A DNA stretch of 64,000 nucleotides from Candidatus Aenigmatarchaeota archaeon. GTDB lineage: Archaea > Aenigmatarchaeota > Aenigmatarchaeia > QMZP01 > QMZT01. The stretch covers positions 1 through 64,000 of the forward strand of contig JAPLVC010000002.1 in NCBI GenBank assembly GCA_026397315.1. Reading direction: 5' to 3'. Shown here one piece after another: positions 10,277 through 19,019 of the stretch. Both the position numbers and the translations under genes were made by a program. The stretch's first letter is position 1; the number at the start of each line of letters is the position of its first letter. Below the pieces are notes generated by a model. It was not told where the DNA came from, made no database searches, and saw only the letters and a program-made list of their open reading frames with translations.

Positions 10277-11029
10277 ATGAAAAGCGAATCCAGACAGGAA
10301 ACCGAGCAGGAATCAGAGGAGAAAAGCGGACAAAAAGACGGACAAAGAACGCTGCTCATTTCTTTCCAGAAGCTGAAGCAGAAAAACCTGCTGGGCATCG
10401 CGCTGAAACTAGCGACACTCACGTTCATCGGCATTCTCGGGCGGGCGGCGTTTCAATGGCTGCCAAGCGTCGAGCCCATAGTACCGCTTGCGATAGCGAT
10501 TGGCTTCTTTTTCGGCTACAAGTATGCGCTGCCGGCAGGCATGGGCGCGTTCTACCTCTCGAACTTTTTTGTCTGGGGATGGCAGGGACCTTGGACGTTA
10601 TTCCAGGTCGCGGGCACAGGGGCCGCCGCTCTCACGGGCCATGCGCTCGGACGTCTTTCACAGTCGAAATACGCATTCTTCTCCGCAGCCGTGATAGGGA
10701 CGGTCTTCTACGAGATACTGGTCGATCTGAGCTGGCTGTGGCTGTTCGGCTTTTTCGGCCTCGCGTCGCTGCAACTAGCGTTCGTGGGCTCGCTGCCTTT
10801 CAGCGCAATCCACATCGCAAGCAGCTTAGGTTTCGCGATGGTTATATACGCATTTAAAGATAAAATCCTAGAACTAAACAGGGAGGACATCCTGTATGAA
10901 CTTAAGGTATTTGCTGGTAGGCGTTTTGGTTCTGGCGATAGTTCTTTTTGGAAGCTTCCGCGTCGTGCAGATAACAGGTTCCGCATCTTCGGCAGGCGGA
11001 AACCAGCTGGTAAAAGTCATAATAGATGA
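10277..11029 (+). CDS. ECF transporter S component, CbrT-like (probable cobalamin)
   Basis: About 6 TM helices; GRAAFQWLPSVEPI, SNFF...GPWTLFQ, LPFSAIHI pattern typical of S components; B12 gene context. Confidence 0.75.
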   Translation: MKSESRQETEQESEEKSGQKDGQRTLLISFQKLKQKNLLGIALKLATLTFIGILGRAAFQWLPSVEPIVPLAIAIGFFFGYKYALPAGMGAFYLSNFFVWGWQGPWTLFQVAGTGAAALTGHALGRLSQSKYAFFSAAVIGTVFYEILVDLSWLWLFGFFGLASLQLAFVGSLPFSAIHIASSLGFAMVIYAFKDKILELNREDILYELKVFAGRRFGSGDSSFWKLPRRADNRFRIFGRRKPAGKSHNR

Positions 11030-11312
11030 CGGGGTGAAAGTCTCCAGCTACGACATCGCGCTCATACAGATGGAGACTGCTTTCGACGCTCTCAAGCACG
11101 TGGCCGCGGTCGGATACGAGATGAAAGCTATTGGTATTTACATAACGGACATAAACGGCATAAAGCAGGACGACAGTCATTACTGGTTTTATTACGTCAA
11201 TGACAAAGCATCTGACGTGGGAAGCGACTTTTACTATCCTGTCAGCGGCGATGTAATAAAGTTTAAGTTCATGAGCATCTATTCCGAAGAAGCTGGAAAA
11301 TATTTCCAGTGA
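10896..11312 (+). CDS. Membrane-anchored DUF4430 / transcobalamin-like C-terminal domain protein (putative B12-binding)
   Basis: N-terminal TM; TAFDAL...GIYITDINGI...YWFYYVND...VGSD.Y...GDVIKF; GGAGG SD. Confidence 0.85.
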   Translation: MNLRYLLVGVLVLAIVLFGSFRVVQITGSASSAGGNQLVKVIIDDGVKVSSYDIALIQMETAFDALKHVAAVGYEMKAIGIYITDINGIKQDDSHYWFYYVNDKASDVGSDFYYPVSGDVIKFKFMSIYSEEAGKYFQ

Positions 11313-11402
11313 AATCAAGAATATTCCAACATATTTTCAAATTTTTAAATGAGGGAAAATACGAAGGAAATCGTAAGCTATTTAAATCCCTCGACCAACA
11401 TT

Positions 11403-12539
11403 ATGTCTATGTCTACAGAACATAAATCTGAGCACGAGCATGAATCGCATGAGCATCATGAACACCATGAGCATCCCGAGCACCACGAGCATGCCGAACA
11501 TCATGAGAAGGCGAAATCGAACCCGAACATGATGAAATACGTTGTTTTTATTGTTATAGCCGCTGTCTTTTTTGCGGTAGGTTTTATGGTCAATTCGTTC
11601 GCAGGCACTGCGGGCACGGCGAAGACCGGCGACCAGCTGGTATTCATATCGCCTCCCGGCTGCACCGATTGCGCCGCGGTTGAGCCAGTCGCAAGGGAAG
11701 TGGCCAACACGCTCAAGATACCTTTTGTCAAGACCAGCTACGGCCAGCAGATACAGACTGCAGGCATGGTCCTTGTATACGATAACATCTCAACAATAGC
11801 AGGAGTAGACAGCGAATACACACTCAAGACCCAGGTGTGCCTTCTGACCAAGAACACCGACATATGCAACCAGGCGCAGAAGCTTGCACCGCCGACCGAC
11901 ACGACACAGCCAACGACGCCGGAAGTGGTCAAGAGCGACAAGCCAGTGGCTCACGCTTTCGTCATGTCGTACTGCCCGTATGGACTGCAGTTCATGAAGG
12001 CATACGTTCCCGTAATCGAGCTTCTGGGCAACAAGGCTGACGTTCAGTTAAACTTCGTGGACTACGTAATGCACGGCGAGAAGGAAATGCTTGAGAACAC
12101 GAGGATGTATTGCATCCAGAAGGAGCAGAAAGACAAGTTCACCGCTTATCTCAGGTGCTTCGTGGAAGCCGGCAACAGCACGGGATGCATAACTAAAGCC
12201 GGCATCGACAGCGCCAAGCTTGACGCCTGTTCCAACGCGCTCGACGCGCAGTTCAACATAAAGAAGACCTTTAACGAGAGCACTGGCAATTATCCGGCTT
12301 ACCCGGTCGAAACGGTAATGGCCCAGCAGTATGGAGTCGGCGGCTCGCCAACGTTCATACTAAACGGCGCTGAAGTCAGCGTGAGCAGATCCGCGGAAGC
12401 CATAAAACAGGCAATCTGCGCGGCTTTCAACAGCCCGCCGGCAGAATGCAGCCAGACGCTCAGTTCTGCCGCAGAAGCTGCGGGACTGGGTCCAATGGGT
12501 GCCGGTGGCGGCAGCGCAACAGCGGCCAACTGCGGTTAA
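11403..12539 (+). CDS. Membrane-anchored thioredoxin/DsbA-like protein with His/Glu-rich N-terminus
   Basis: HEH repeats, TM helix, CTDC, FVMSYCPYG, YGVGGSPTFILNG. Confidence 0.75.
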   Translation: MSMSTEHKSEHEHESHEHHEHHEHPEHHEHAEHHEKAKSNPNMMKYVVFIVIAAVFFAVGFMVNSFAGTAGTAKTGDQLVFISPPGCTDCAAVEPVAREVANTLKIPFVKTSYGQQIQTAGMVLVYDNISTIAGVDSEYTLKTQVCLLTKNTDICNQAQKLAPPTDTTQPTTPEVVKSDKPVAHAFVMSYCPYGLQFMKAYVPVIELLGNKADVQLNFVDYVMHGEKEMLENTRMYCIQKEQKDKFTAYLRCFVEAGNSTGCITKAGIDSAKLDACSNALDAQFNIKKTFNESTGNYPAYPVETVMAQQYGVGGSPTFILNGAEVSVSRSAEAIKQAICAAFNSPPAECSQTLSSAAEAAGLGPMGAGGGSATAANCG

Positions 12540-12597
12540 AATTTAATTTTTTATTCTTCTTTTTCTTTTCATTTTATTGCTCAGAATAAGGACTATC

Positions 12598-12741
12598 TCA
12601 CTCGTCGTAAATCGGCGTGAACGGCGGGACAAGCTCGTTGAAAAGCTCGAATTCCACCTTGTGCGCGCAGTTGGGGCATATTCTGGGGCAATCATTGCCT
12701 ACGAAAATGTAATTGCACCTTTTGCATTTCCACTTTTCCAT
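12598..12741 (-). CDS. Rubredoxin-like small protein (47 aa, missing from ORF track)
   Basis: MEKWKCKRCNYIFVGNDCPRICPNCAHKVEFE...; GGTGG SD upstream. Confidence 0.8.
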   Translation of the reverse strand: MEKWKCKRCNYIFVGNDCPRICPNCAHKVEFELFNELVPPFTPIYDE

Positions 12742-12998
12742 ACTGCCACCTTAAAAAATACAGTTTTTAATTGGTTCCCAAACTTTATAAAATTAATAAG
12801 GCGCTACTCTTTAACGAGTAGCATTTTTGACGGCTCCTGTGCATAGATAAATAGTATATTCATATAAAATTTTAAGCGGCTTTTTTCTCGCCATAACAAA
12901 CGGTTAATGTTCAGGAACGGGGGGTGGGTCTGAAAGGGGTGACTGGAAATAGTATGCCAGTATAAACTTTCAGGCAGAAATTACGGCATGCGCCGCCT

Positions 12999-13271
12999 TC
13001 ATATTTTGTTAAGCTCTCTGGTTTCCCTGAAAACGTCCACTGCGAAAAGCAGGCTCAGAGCAACCCATATGAAGGAGAGCCACACGTAAAAAAGCTCGCT
13101 GGACGGCAGAAGTATCTCCGCAGGCATGGAAACGAGCGTTATGAGGTTCACGACAGCCACTAAAAGCAGGCCTGTGCCGAGGACCATCCTGTGGCGTATG
13201 TATATGTAGCCCGAGCCCCAAACGACGAAGTTCAGGAAAGCGGCTATCCATGGCGACTTTCCATAGCTCAT
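12999..13271 (-). CDS. Small membrane protein
   Basis: KSPWIAAFLNFVVWGSGYIY (TM2-like start), 3 TM helices. Confidence 0.6.
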   Translation of the reverse strand: MSYGKSPWIAAFLNFVVWGSGYIYIRHRMVLGTGLLLVAVVNLITLVSMPAEILLPSSELFYVWLSFIWVALSLLFAVDVFRETRELNKI

Positions 13272-13303
13272 TGTATTATATTATCGCCCGGATAAATATT
13301 TAC

Positions 13304-13810
13304 ATGGACCTGGCTTCTGTTATCATATCCTTCACGGAGTGGTCCCAGACCGTCGCTTCCACGTGGGGATACCCGGGCATATTCCTGATAAACCTCGTGG
13401 CCGCGGCGACGATACTTTTTCCTATACCGGCTTTCTTAGTCGTCTTCACTTTCGGCGCGGTGCTCAACCCCTGGCTCGTAGGCCTGGCCGCGGCGCTGGG
13501 AGCGACCTTGGGCGAATTCACAGGTTACGGTCTCGGACGAGCTGGAGAAAAAGTGATAGAAAAGAAGCACGAGAAATGGCTCAAAAAGGCGAACAAGTGG
13601 ATGGAGAAATACAAGGCTTTCACCGTCATAGTGTTCTTCGCGGCGACGCCGCTCCCCGACGACGTGGTGGGCGTATTCTGCGGGGCTATAAAATACGACA
13701 TAAGGAAATTCTTCATAGCGACTTTCATCGGCAAAATGATAATGAACCTCGCGCTCGCTCTCGGCGGATACTACGGGATGCAGTGGGTTCTGTCAATTTT
13801 CGGAGGATGA
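13304..13810 (+). CDS. DedA/VTT (SNARE-associated) membrane protein
   Basis: GYPGIFL, FPIP, LGATLGEFTGY.LG, ATPLPDD..G, FF.ATFIGK. Confidence 0.88.
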   Translation: MDLASVIISFTEWSQTVASTWGYPGIFLINLVAAATILFPIPAFLVVFTFGAVLNPWLVGLAAALGATLGEFTGYGLGRAGEKVIEKKHEKWLKKANKWMEKYKAFTVIVFFAATPLPDDVVGVFCGAIKYDIRKFFIATFIGKMIMNLALALGGYYGMQWVLSIFGG

Positions 13811-13819
13811 AGTGACCTC

Positions 13820-14560
13820 ATGCAAAAAATTTACGTAAGCACGTCTTACCTGAAGACCCTGCATTATCTCTTTTTTTCGTTCGCCGTCTTCTCCCTCACC
13901 GCCGGCATGATTTTCTTCAACTTCGCGGTGATCGAGTCGCTTACGCTGCTCGGCCTCAGCGTCTTTTACTGCGCTTCCAGTTTCTTCGTGGCCTATTACT
14001 TCTACAAGGACTACAGGGAGATAATAGAGCCTTACAGGGTAATACACCTTTACCTGCTGCCATACATGCTGCTGGCGTTCTGGTCCATAGGAACGACTGT
14101 TACACTAGTTCTTGTCTTCCCGTCGCTCTCCGCCCTGATCTACGCCTTCCTTTTCATAAACTACTACATGTTCTTCCTCATTGTCATAGGCATCATACTG
14201 AGCAGGTTCAGCATGGTCTCGAGGGTGTTCGAGATGTATAACAAATACGTGCTCAACAAGGCCAAGAAGCTAGCCAAAAGATACGCGCTTTTCCTTGAGA
14301 TCAGCGATTACGACCCCGGCAGCGACCCCACGATAGATGCGCTGCTGGATGAAGTGTGGGCCCACAGGTCTTATCCAACTCCGCACGTGCGAAAACTGGA
14401 GATAGGCCTCTGCGAGAGGCACATGGCGGACATAAGCAGGATGATTGACAAAATAAGGGACAACAAGGAAACGAAAGACAAAGTCGTCGTGGAAGCGCTG
14501 CAGAAGATGAAGGACGACTACATCAATAAAATCAAGGAGATTGAGCAGAAGGCTGATTAG
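13820..14560 (+). CDS. Hypothetical membrane protein
   Basis: 4 TM helices plus charged C-terminal domain; immediately downstream of the DedA gene. Confidence 0.6.
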   Translation: MQKIYVSTSYLKTLHYLFFSFAVFSLTAGMIFFNFAVIESLTLLGLSVFYCASSFFVAYYFYKDYREIIEPYRVIHLYLLPYMLLAFWSIGTTVTLVLVFPSLSALIYAFLFINYYMFFLIVIGIILSRFSMVSRVFEMYNKYVLNKAKKLAKRYALFLEISDYDPGSDPTIDALLDEVWAHRSYPTPHVRKLEIGLCERHMADISRMIDKIRDNKETKDKVVVEALQKMKDDYINKIKEIEQKAD

Positions 14561-14948
14561 ATTCTACGACGGTCACAGTCGCAGGCGGGGCGTTGCTGCC
14601 TTTCGCCTTCCACAGTTTTATCAGGTCCACGAAATCCTCGAAACGTATGACGACGAACGGGTTCGTTCTCGAGTAATTGAAAACCAGGAAGTTCACGTCG
14701 TTCTTCTCCAGCTCCAGTATCTCTTTTTCCGGGAAGGAAATGTATTTCTTCGCCTTCGTCGTCTTGGCTTTTCCCTTGAACTTCTCCTCGACGATTATGT
14801 CGCAGTTGGGGATATCAGAAATCGGTTGCTGGCCCCACGCGGGCTGGCGGCCGGAAAGAATTATGCGCCTGCTGTTTATGCCGTTCTTGGCGAGCTTGTC
14901 GACGACGTGATATTCAAACCTGCGTCCTCGCGCGTAGCTTTTTACCAT
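14532..14948 (-). CDS. Holliday junction resolvase Hjc-like PD-(D/E)xK protein
   Basis: SYARGRRFE, SG, CDIIV, (K)AKTT. Confidence 0.6.
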   Translation of the reverse strand: MVKSYARGRRFEYHVVDKLAKNGINSRRIILSGRQPAWGQQPISDIPNCDIIVEEKFKGKAKTTKAKKYISFPEKEILELEKNDVNFLVFNYSRTNPFVVIRFEDFVDLIKLWKAKGSNAPPATVTVVESNQPSAQSP

Positions 14949-15012
14949 GAAAATATTAGGCGCAGTAAATTAATAAATGGCTGAAAATCGGGAAAGATAA
15001 AACATGTTATCA

Positions 15013-15396
15013 TCAGAGCTTGCATCCGCTAAGCGCTGAGATTTGTTCAAGCGAAAACACTGATTCATACTTCTCCCCCTTTATTATCCACGTCGGAAAT
15101 TTCGTCACGTCGCTCCTCTCGCATGCGCCATTTTCGCAGAGCGTGGTCTTTATCATCTCGAAGCCGTCGCCGAAAACCGCTTTCTGTTCTTCGCATGCAG
15201 CGCAGTCGCCTGTTATGTACAGGTTCGTCCCGCCCTCGTATACGCAGTTGAGGAATGCTTCCGTCCTTTCTTCCTGTGCAGAAGCCGCGACAACATAGCT
15301 GGTCGGTTGCATGGAATTGAACAAGAACCAAACCATGGCTAACATGAGAACCCCGCTTCCTATCATCATGTCCATGCCGTTTTTCATGAAAATCAC
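15013..15396 (-). CDS. Membrane-anchored small thioredoxin-like protein
   Basis: CAAC..QK..FG...C...C....FPTWII.G...LSGC pattern. Confidence 0.75.
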   Translation of the reverse strand: MIFMKNGMDMMIGSGVLMLAMVWFLFNSMQPTSYVVAASAQEERTEAFLNCVYEGGTNLYITGDCAACEEQKAVFGDGFEMIKTTLCENGACERSDVTKFPTWIIKGEKYESVFSLEQISALSGCKL

Positions 15397-15472
15397 TTAG
15401 CAATTTATTACTACTAGTAAGTGTTAAATATTAGCTTTATAAACCTTTCTGGAAGGTTTCCTGAAGAAGAAA

Positions 15473-16648
15473 TCACTTGCTGAAAGGGCTTATCTCGCGC
15501 AGGCGCTTTACCACTTCTTTTGCCGACGTCACGACGTAGCTCATCTCCTGCATGTTGTTGTATCTGGAGAGCGTCAGCCTCAGCGAACCGTGCGCATCCT
15601 CGTGTGCCAGGCTCAGCGCGAGTATCACGTGGCTGGGCTGGAGATTGGTCGAGAAGCATGCGGATCCGGTCGTCGCGACGATGCCTTTGCTGTCCAGGTG
15701 CATGAGCAGGCTTTCGCCTTCAATGAACTTGAAAGAGACGTTGACGTTGCTGCAGAGTCGCTGGTTTTTTGGCCCGTTCAGCTGCGTGCCCGGGATTTTG
15801 AGCAGGTTCGCTATGAGATAATTGCGCATCTTCCTCATCTGGGCGTTCTGCTTCTCATTCGCAAGCTCGACTGCCTTCGCGAAGCCCATGATCGCCGGGA
15901 CGTTTGGAATGCCTGAAGGGCGAATGTCCTCTGGCGACTCTCCGCCTTCGAACAGGCGCTGGATGCGAACGCCGTTGCGCACGTATAGAGCGGCCACGCC
16001 TTTCGGGCCGTGGTTCTTGTCCGACGACAGCGACATCAAATCAACATTCATCTTCTTTACATCAATAGGAGCTTTCGTGAAAGACTGGCTGGCATCGACA
16101 TAAAATATCACCCCGCGCTTCCTGCACAGCTCTCCTATGCGTGCTATGTCCTGTATCGTCCCAATCTCATGGTTCGCGTGCTGCACTGCGACGAGCAGAG
16201 TTTTGTCGCTTATCGTTTTCTCCAGCTCGTCGAATTTTACAAAGCCTTCCCTGTCGACGTTGACGTAATCCGCCTTGTAGCATCCCATGCCCTCAAGCAT
16301 CCTGAAAATGTCGAGAACGGGCTTGCGCTCGATTTTAGTGGTGATTATCCGGTTCCTGCCGTCCTTGAGGTCGTGAGCGAAGCATGCGCCCTTTATGGCG
16401 AGGTTGTCGTTCTCTACCTCGCCTGAAGTAAAAATTATCTCCGCCTGGTCAGCGTTTATCTTCTTCGCAATGGCCAGTTTCGCCTGAATCAGCGCTTCCC
16501 TGGCCTTCATGCCGAAAGAGTGGCCGTATTCCGTCGACGACGGCGCAGCGTAATAGCGAAGGAAATATTTTTTCATCTCCGCCAGCACAACCGGGTCGAC
16601 CTTGGTCGTCTTGCCATTGTCCAGATAGACTATTCTAGAAGTTTTCAT
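15473..16648 (-). CDS. IscS/NifS-type cysteine desulfurase homologue with degenerate PLP site
   Basis: VYLDN, IFTSG, NHEIGT, DASQ, KNHGPKG, GSAC, GSLRLTL; several PLP-binding residues substituted. Confidence 0.85.
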   Translation of the reverse strand: MKTSRIVYLDNGKTTKVDPVVLAEMKKYFLRYYAAPSSTEYGHSFGMKAREALIQAKLAIAKKINADQAEIIFTSGEVENDNLAIKGACFAHDLKDGRNRIITTKIERKPVLDIFRMLEGMGCYKADYVNVDREGFVKFDELEKTISDKTLLVAVQHANHEIGTIQDIARIGELCRKRGVIFYVDASQSFTKAPIDVKKMNVDLMSLSSDKNHGPKGVAALYVRNGVRIQRLFEGGESPEDIRPSGIPNVPAIMGFAKAVELANEKQNAQMRKMRNYLIANLLKIPGTQLNGPKNQRLCSNVNVSFKFIEGESLLMHLDSKGIVATTGSACFSTNLQPSHVILALSLAHEDAHGSLRLTLSRYNNMQEMSYVVTSAKEVVKRLREISPFSK

Positions 16649-16796
16649 AGTCAATATATAACACTGTTATATAAATATCTTTTCCCGAAAACTTTCCGGT
16701 AAAAGCTTACAGTCTGATTTTGATGAAATTCGTAGGGGGCATTTTCATATAATGTTACCTGAATAAATTTTGTCCTAGCGGATTTAAAAATAAAGT

Positions 16797-18005
16797 TTAT
16801 TTCACGATTTTCAGCGCCATTTTCAGCGTTTCGGCGAATTTCTGGCACTCTTCCTGCGTGTTGTAGAGGTAGAAAGAGGCTCTAACGCTGCCGCGCAGGT
16901 TGTGGGCGTTGAACCAAGAGTGCACGCAGTGCGCGCCCGAGCGCAGGCATATGTTCTCCATCTGGTCGAGCATCATGGCAATCTCGTGCGGGTCGGTGCT
17001 GCCTGCGTTGAAGCTGAAGATGCCGGAGCGTTTGCCGGCGTCTTTCGGGCCAATAACGTCGACCATGCCAGCGAGGCTGTCGGTCACGAACTTGTTGAGC
17101 GTGGTCTCGTGCTTCTCTATGTTGTCCCTGCCAACTCTCATTATGTAATTAGCAGCTTCGCCGAGGCCGATTAAACCAGCATAATGCTGCAGCCCCGCCT
17201 CGAATTTATGTGGCGCCTCTTCGTATTTGGCCGTGGTGTGCGTCGAGTCGATTACAGTGCCGCCGCCCACGATGTAAGGGGAAAGCAGACCTAGCGAATG
17301 CTCCTTGCCGTAAAGTATCCCGGTCCCTGTCGGGCCCATCATCTTGTGACCCGAGAACGCGAGGAAATCGGCGTCCAGTTTCCTCACGTCGACTTCGTGA
17401 TGCGGCACCGCCTGCGCCGCGTCGAGCAGAACTAGCGAACCGTTGTCGTGCGCGATTTTCACGACCTCTTTCACCGGTATACTGGATCCGTCCATGTTCG
17501 ATGTCATGACCATCGCGACCAGCCTGACTTTCTTGTTGAGCTTCTGTTTGAAGTTCTCCAGCGAGAAACCATCGTCGCCGGATTCGACGTAATCGTAAAC
17601 CACTCCTTTCGGCGCGATCCGCTGCCATGGCAGAAGATTGGAGTTGTGCTCCTTGTCCGTGCCCAGCACCACGTCGCCCGGCTTGAACGGGAAGGCGTTA
17701 GCGACGAGATTGAGACCCTCGGTCGTGTTCTTGGTGAGTATAAGCTCGCTGGCGTTCTTTGCGTTGATGAATTTCTTCAGCGTTTCCTTCGCCTTGCCGA
17801 TTTCCTCGTCGACGCGCCTGCCCAGCTTGTGGAGCGAGCGCTCGCCGCACGCGGGATAATCGGTGTAGTATTCCCTGATCTTGTCGATGACCTGTATGGG
17901 GCGAAGGGTCATGCATGCGTTGTCAAAATAAATTATGGGCTTGTTGTTCACTTTCTTCTGGAGAATTGGAAAGTCCTGCCTTATCTTTTCGGTGTTCAAG
18001 CCCAT
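16797..18005 (-). CDS. sufS: SufS/CsdA-type cysteine desulfurase
   Basis: IRQDFPIL, YFDNA, EHNSN, DAAQ, FSGHKMMGPTG, LRSGAHC, RASFYLYN. Confidence 0.9.
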   Translation of the reverse strand: MGLNTEKIRQDFPILQKKVNNKPIIYFDNACMTLRPIQVIDKIREYYTDYPACGERSLHKLGRRVDEEIGKAKETLKKFINAKNASELILTKNTTEGLNLVANAFPFKPGDVVLGTDKEHNSNLLPWQRIAPKGVVYDYVESGDDGFSLENFKQKLNKKVRLVAMVMTSNMDGSSIPVKEVVKIAHDNGSLVLLDAAQAVPHHEVDVRKLDADFLAFSGHKMMGPTGTGILYGKEHSLGLLSPYIVGGGTVIDSTHTTAKYEEAPHKFEAGLQHYAGLIGLGEAANYIMRVGRDNIEKHETTLNKFVTDSLAGMVDVIGPKDAGKRSGIFSFNAGSTDPHEIAMMLDQMENICLRSGAHCVHSWFNAHNLRGSVRASFYLYNTQEECQKFAETLKMALKIVK

Positions 18006-18935
18006 TCAGCCACCTTTCGCCAGCTCGCTGTCTATTATCGCCCTGAATTCGTTGAATCCCTTAGGTCCGACCACGACGCGCTCGTTGATGAAGAACGTCG
18101 GAGTGCCGTAGATGCCTGTCTTGAATCCCTCTGCAAAGTCCGCATCGACTTTAGCCTTGTATTTGCTGGTGGTAAGACATTCCGTGAACTGGTTCTGGTC
18201 AATGCCTACCTGGTTCGCGAAGCCCACCAGTTCCTCCAGGGACGTTTTGCCCTGGTTCGCGAAAAGCAAGTCCCAATACTCCCAGTATTTGCCCTGCTCG
18301 CGCGCGCAGTGCGACGCTTCAGCAGTCTCCTGCGCTCCTGTATGCGAAGAGCTGATGGGGAAATCCTTGTAAACAAAGCGCACTTTATCGCCGTAATAAG
18401 ATAATATTTCTTTCACCACGGGAACGGCCTGTTTGGTGTACGGGCAGACGAAGCAGCCGGCTTCTATTATAGTGACTTTCGCGTCGGCTGGCCCGATGGT
18501 CGGGTCATTCGCAGTCACGCTAAGCACGCCAACTATCTCGCGCTTCGCGGTTTCTACAGTGCACTGGTCCTGCGTGCCGCCGTGCACGAGCGGGTCGAAA
18601 ACGCAGAACGCGTCCGGGATTGGGCCGTTGCAGTTGCCGTAAACAAAAAGATTGCCTATGCTGTATAACGAATAACCGAGGCTCAGAATCATCGCAACCG
18701 TGAATATCCAGGATATCGCTTCAAAGTGCTTGTAAACAGCCGCGCCCACTCTGGGATATCGCCTCATGACCTTGCCCGTAATTTGCGACTTCAGCCGCTT
18801 GTCGAGGCCTGTCGTGCATTTGCGCAGCGTCAGCCGTTTGAAGACACAGTCAAAAGCTTCTTTAGCGATGGTTCTGTACTTGGCGCTGAATATTCCAAGT
18901 ACGCTGAACACGACGAGCGCGATTATGCATATCAT
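18006..18935 (-). CDS. Membrane-anchored DsbA-family protein
   Basis: GPADAKVTIIE, CFVCPYT, FVYKDFP, AEASHCAREQGKYWEY, GIYGTPTFFIN. Confidence 0.85.
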   Translation of the reverse strand: MICIIALVVFSVLGIFSAKYRTIAKEAFDCVFKRLTLRKCTTGLDKRLKSQITGKVMRRYPRVGAAVYKHFEAISWIFTVAMILSLGYSLYSIGNLFVYGNCNGPIPDAFCVFDPLVHGGTQDQCTVETAKREIVGVLSVTANDPTIGPADAKVTIIEAGCFVCPYTKQAVPVVKEILSYYGDKVRFVYKDFPISSSHTGAQETAEASHCAREQGKYWEYWDLLFANQGKTSLEELVGFANQVGIDQNQFTECLTTSKYKAKVDADFAEGFKTGIYGTPTFFINERVVVGPKGFNEFRAIIDSELAKGG

Positions 18936-19019
18936 AATTATCAAAATATAATGTTTCTATCATCCAGACTTTTAAGCATTACTGAATATTTCGTTTCTTT
19001 CCTAATAACCGTTTTTCCT

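Noticed and set aside
9160-10277. Cobalamin riboswitch ahead of cobA or the S component
   Set aside because: The intergenic gaps are too short and no B12-box is recognisable.
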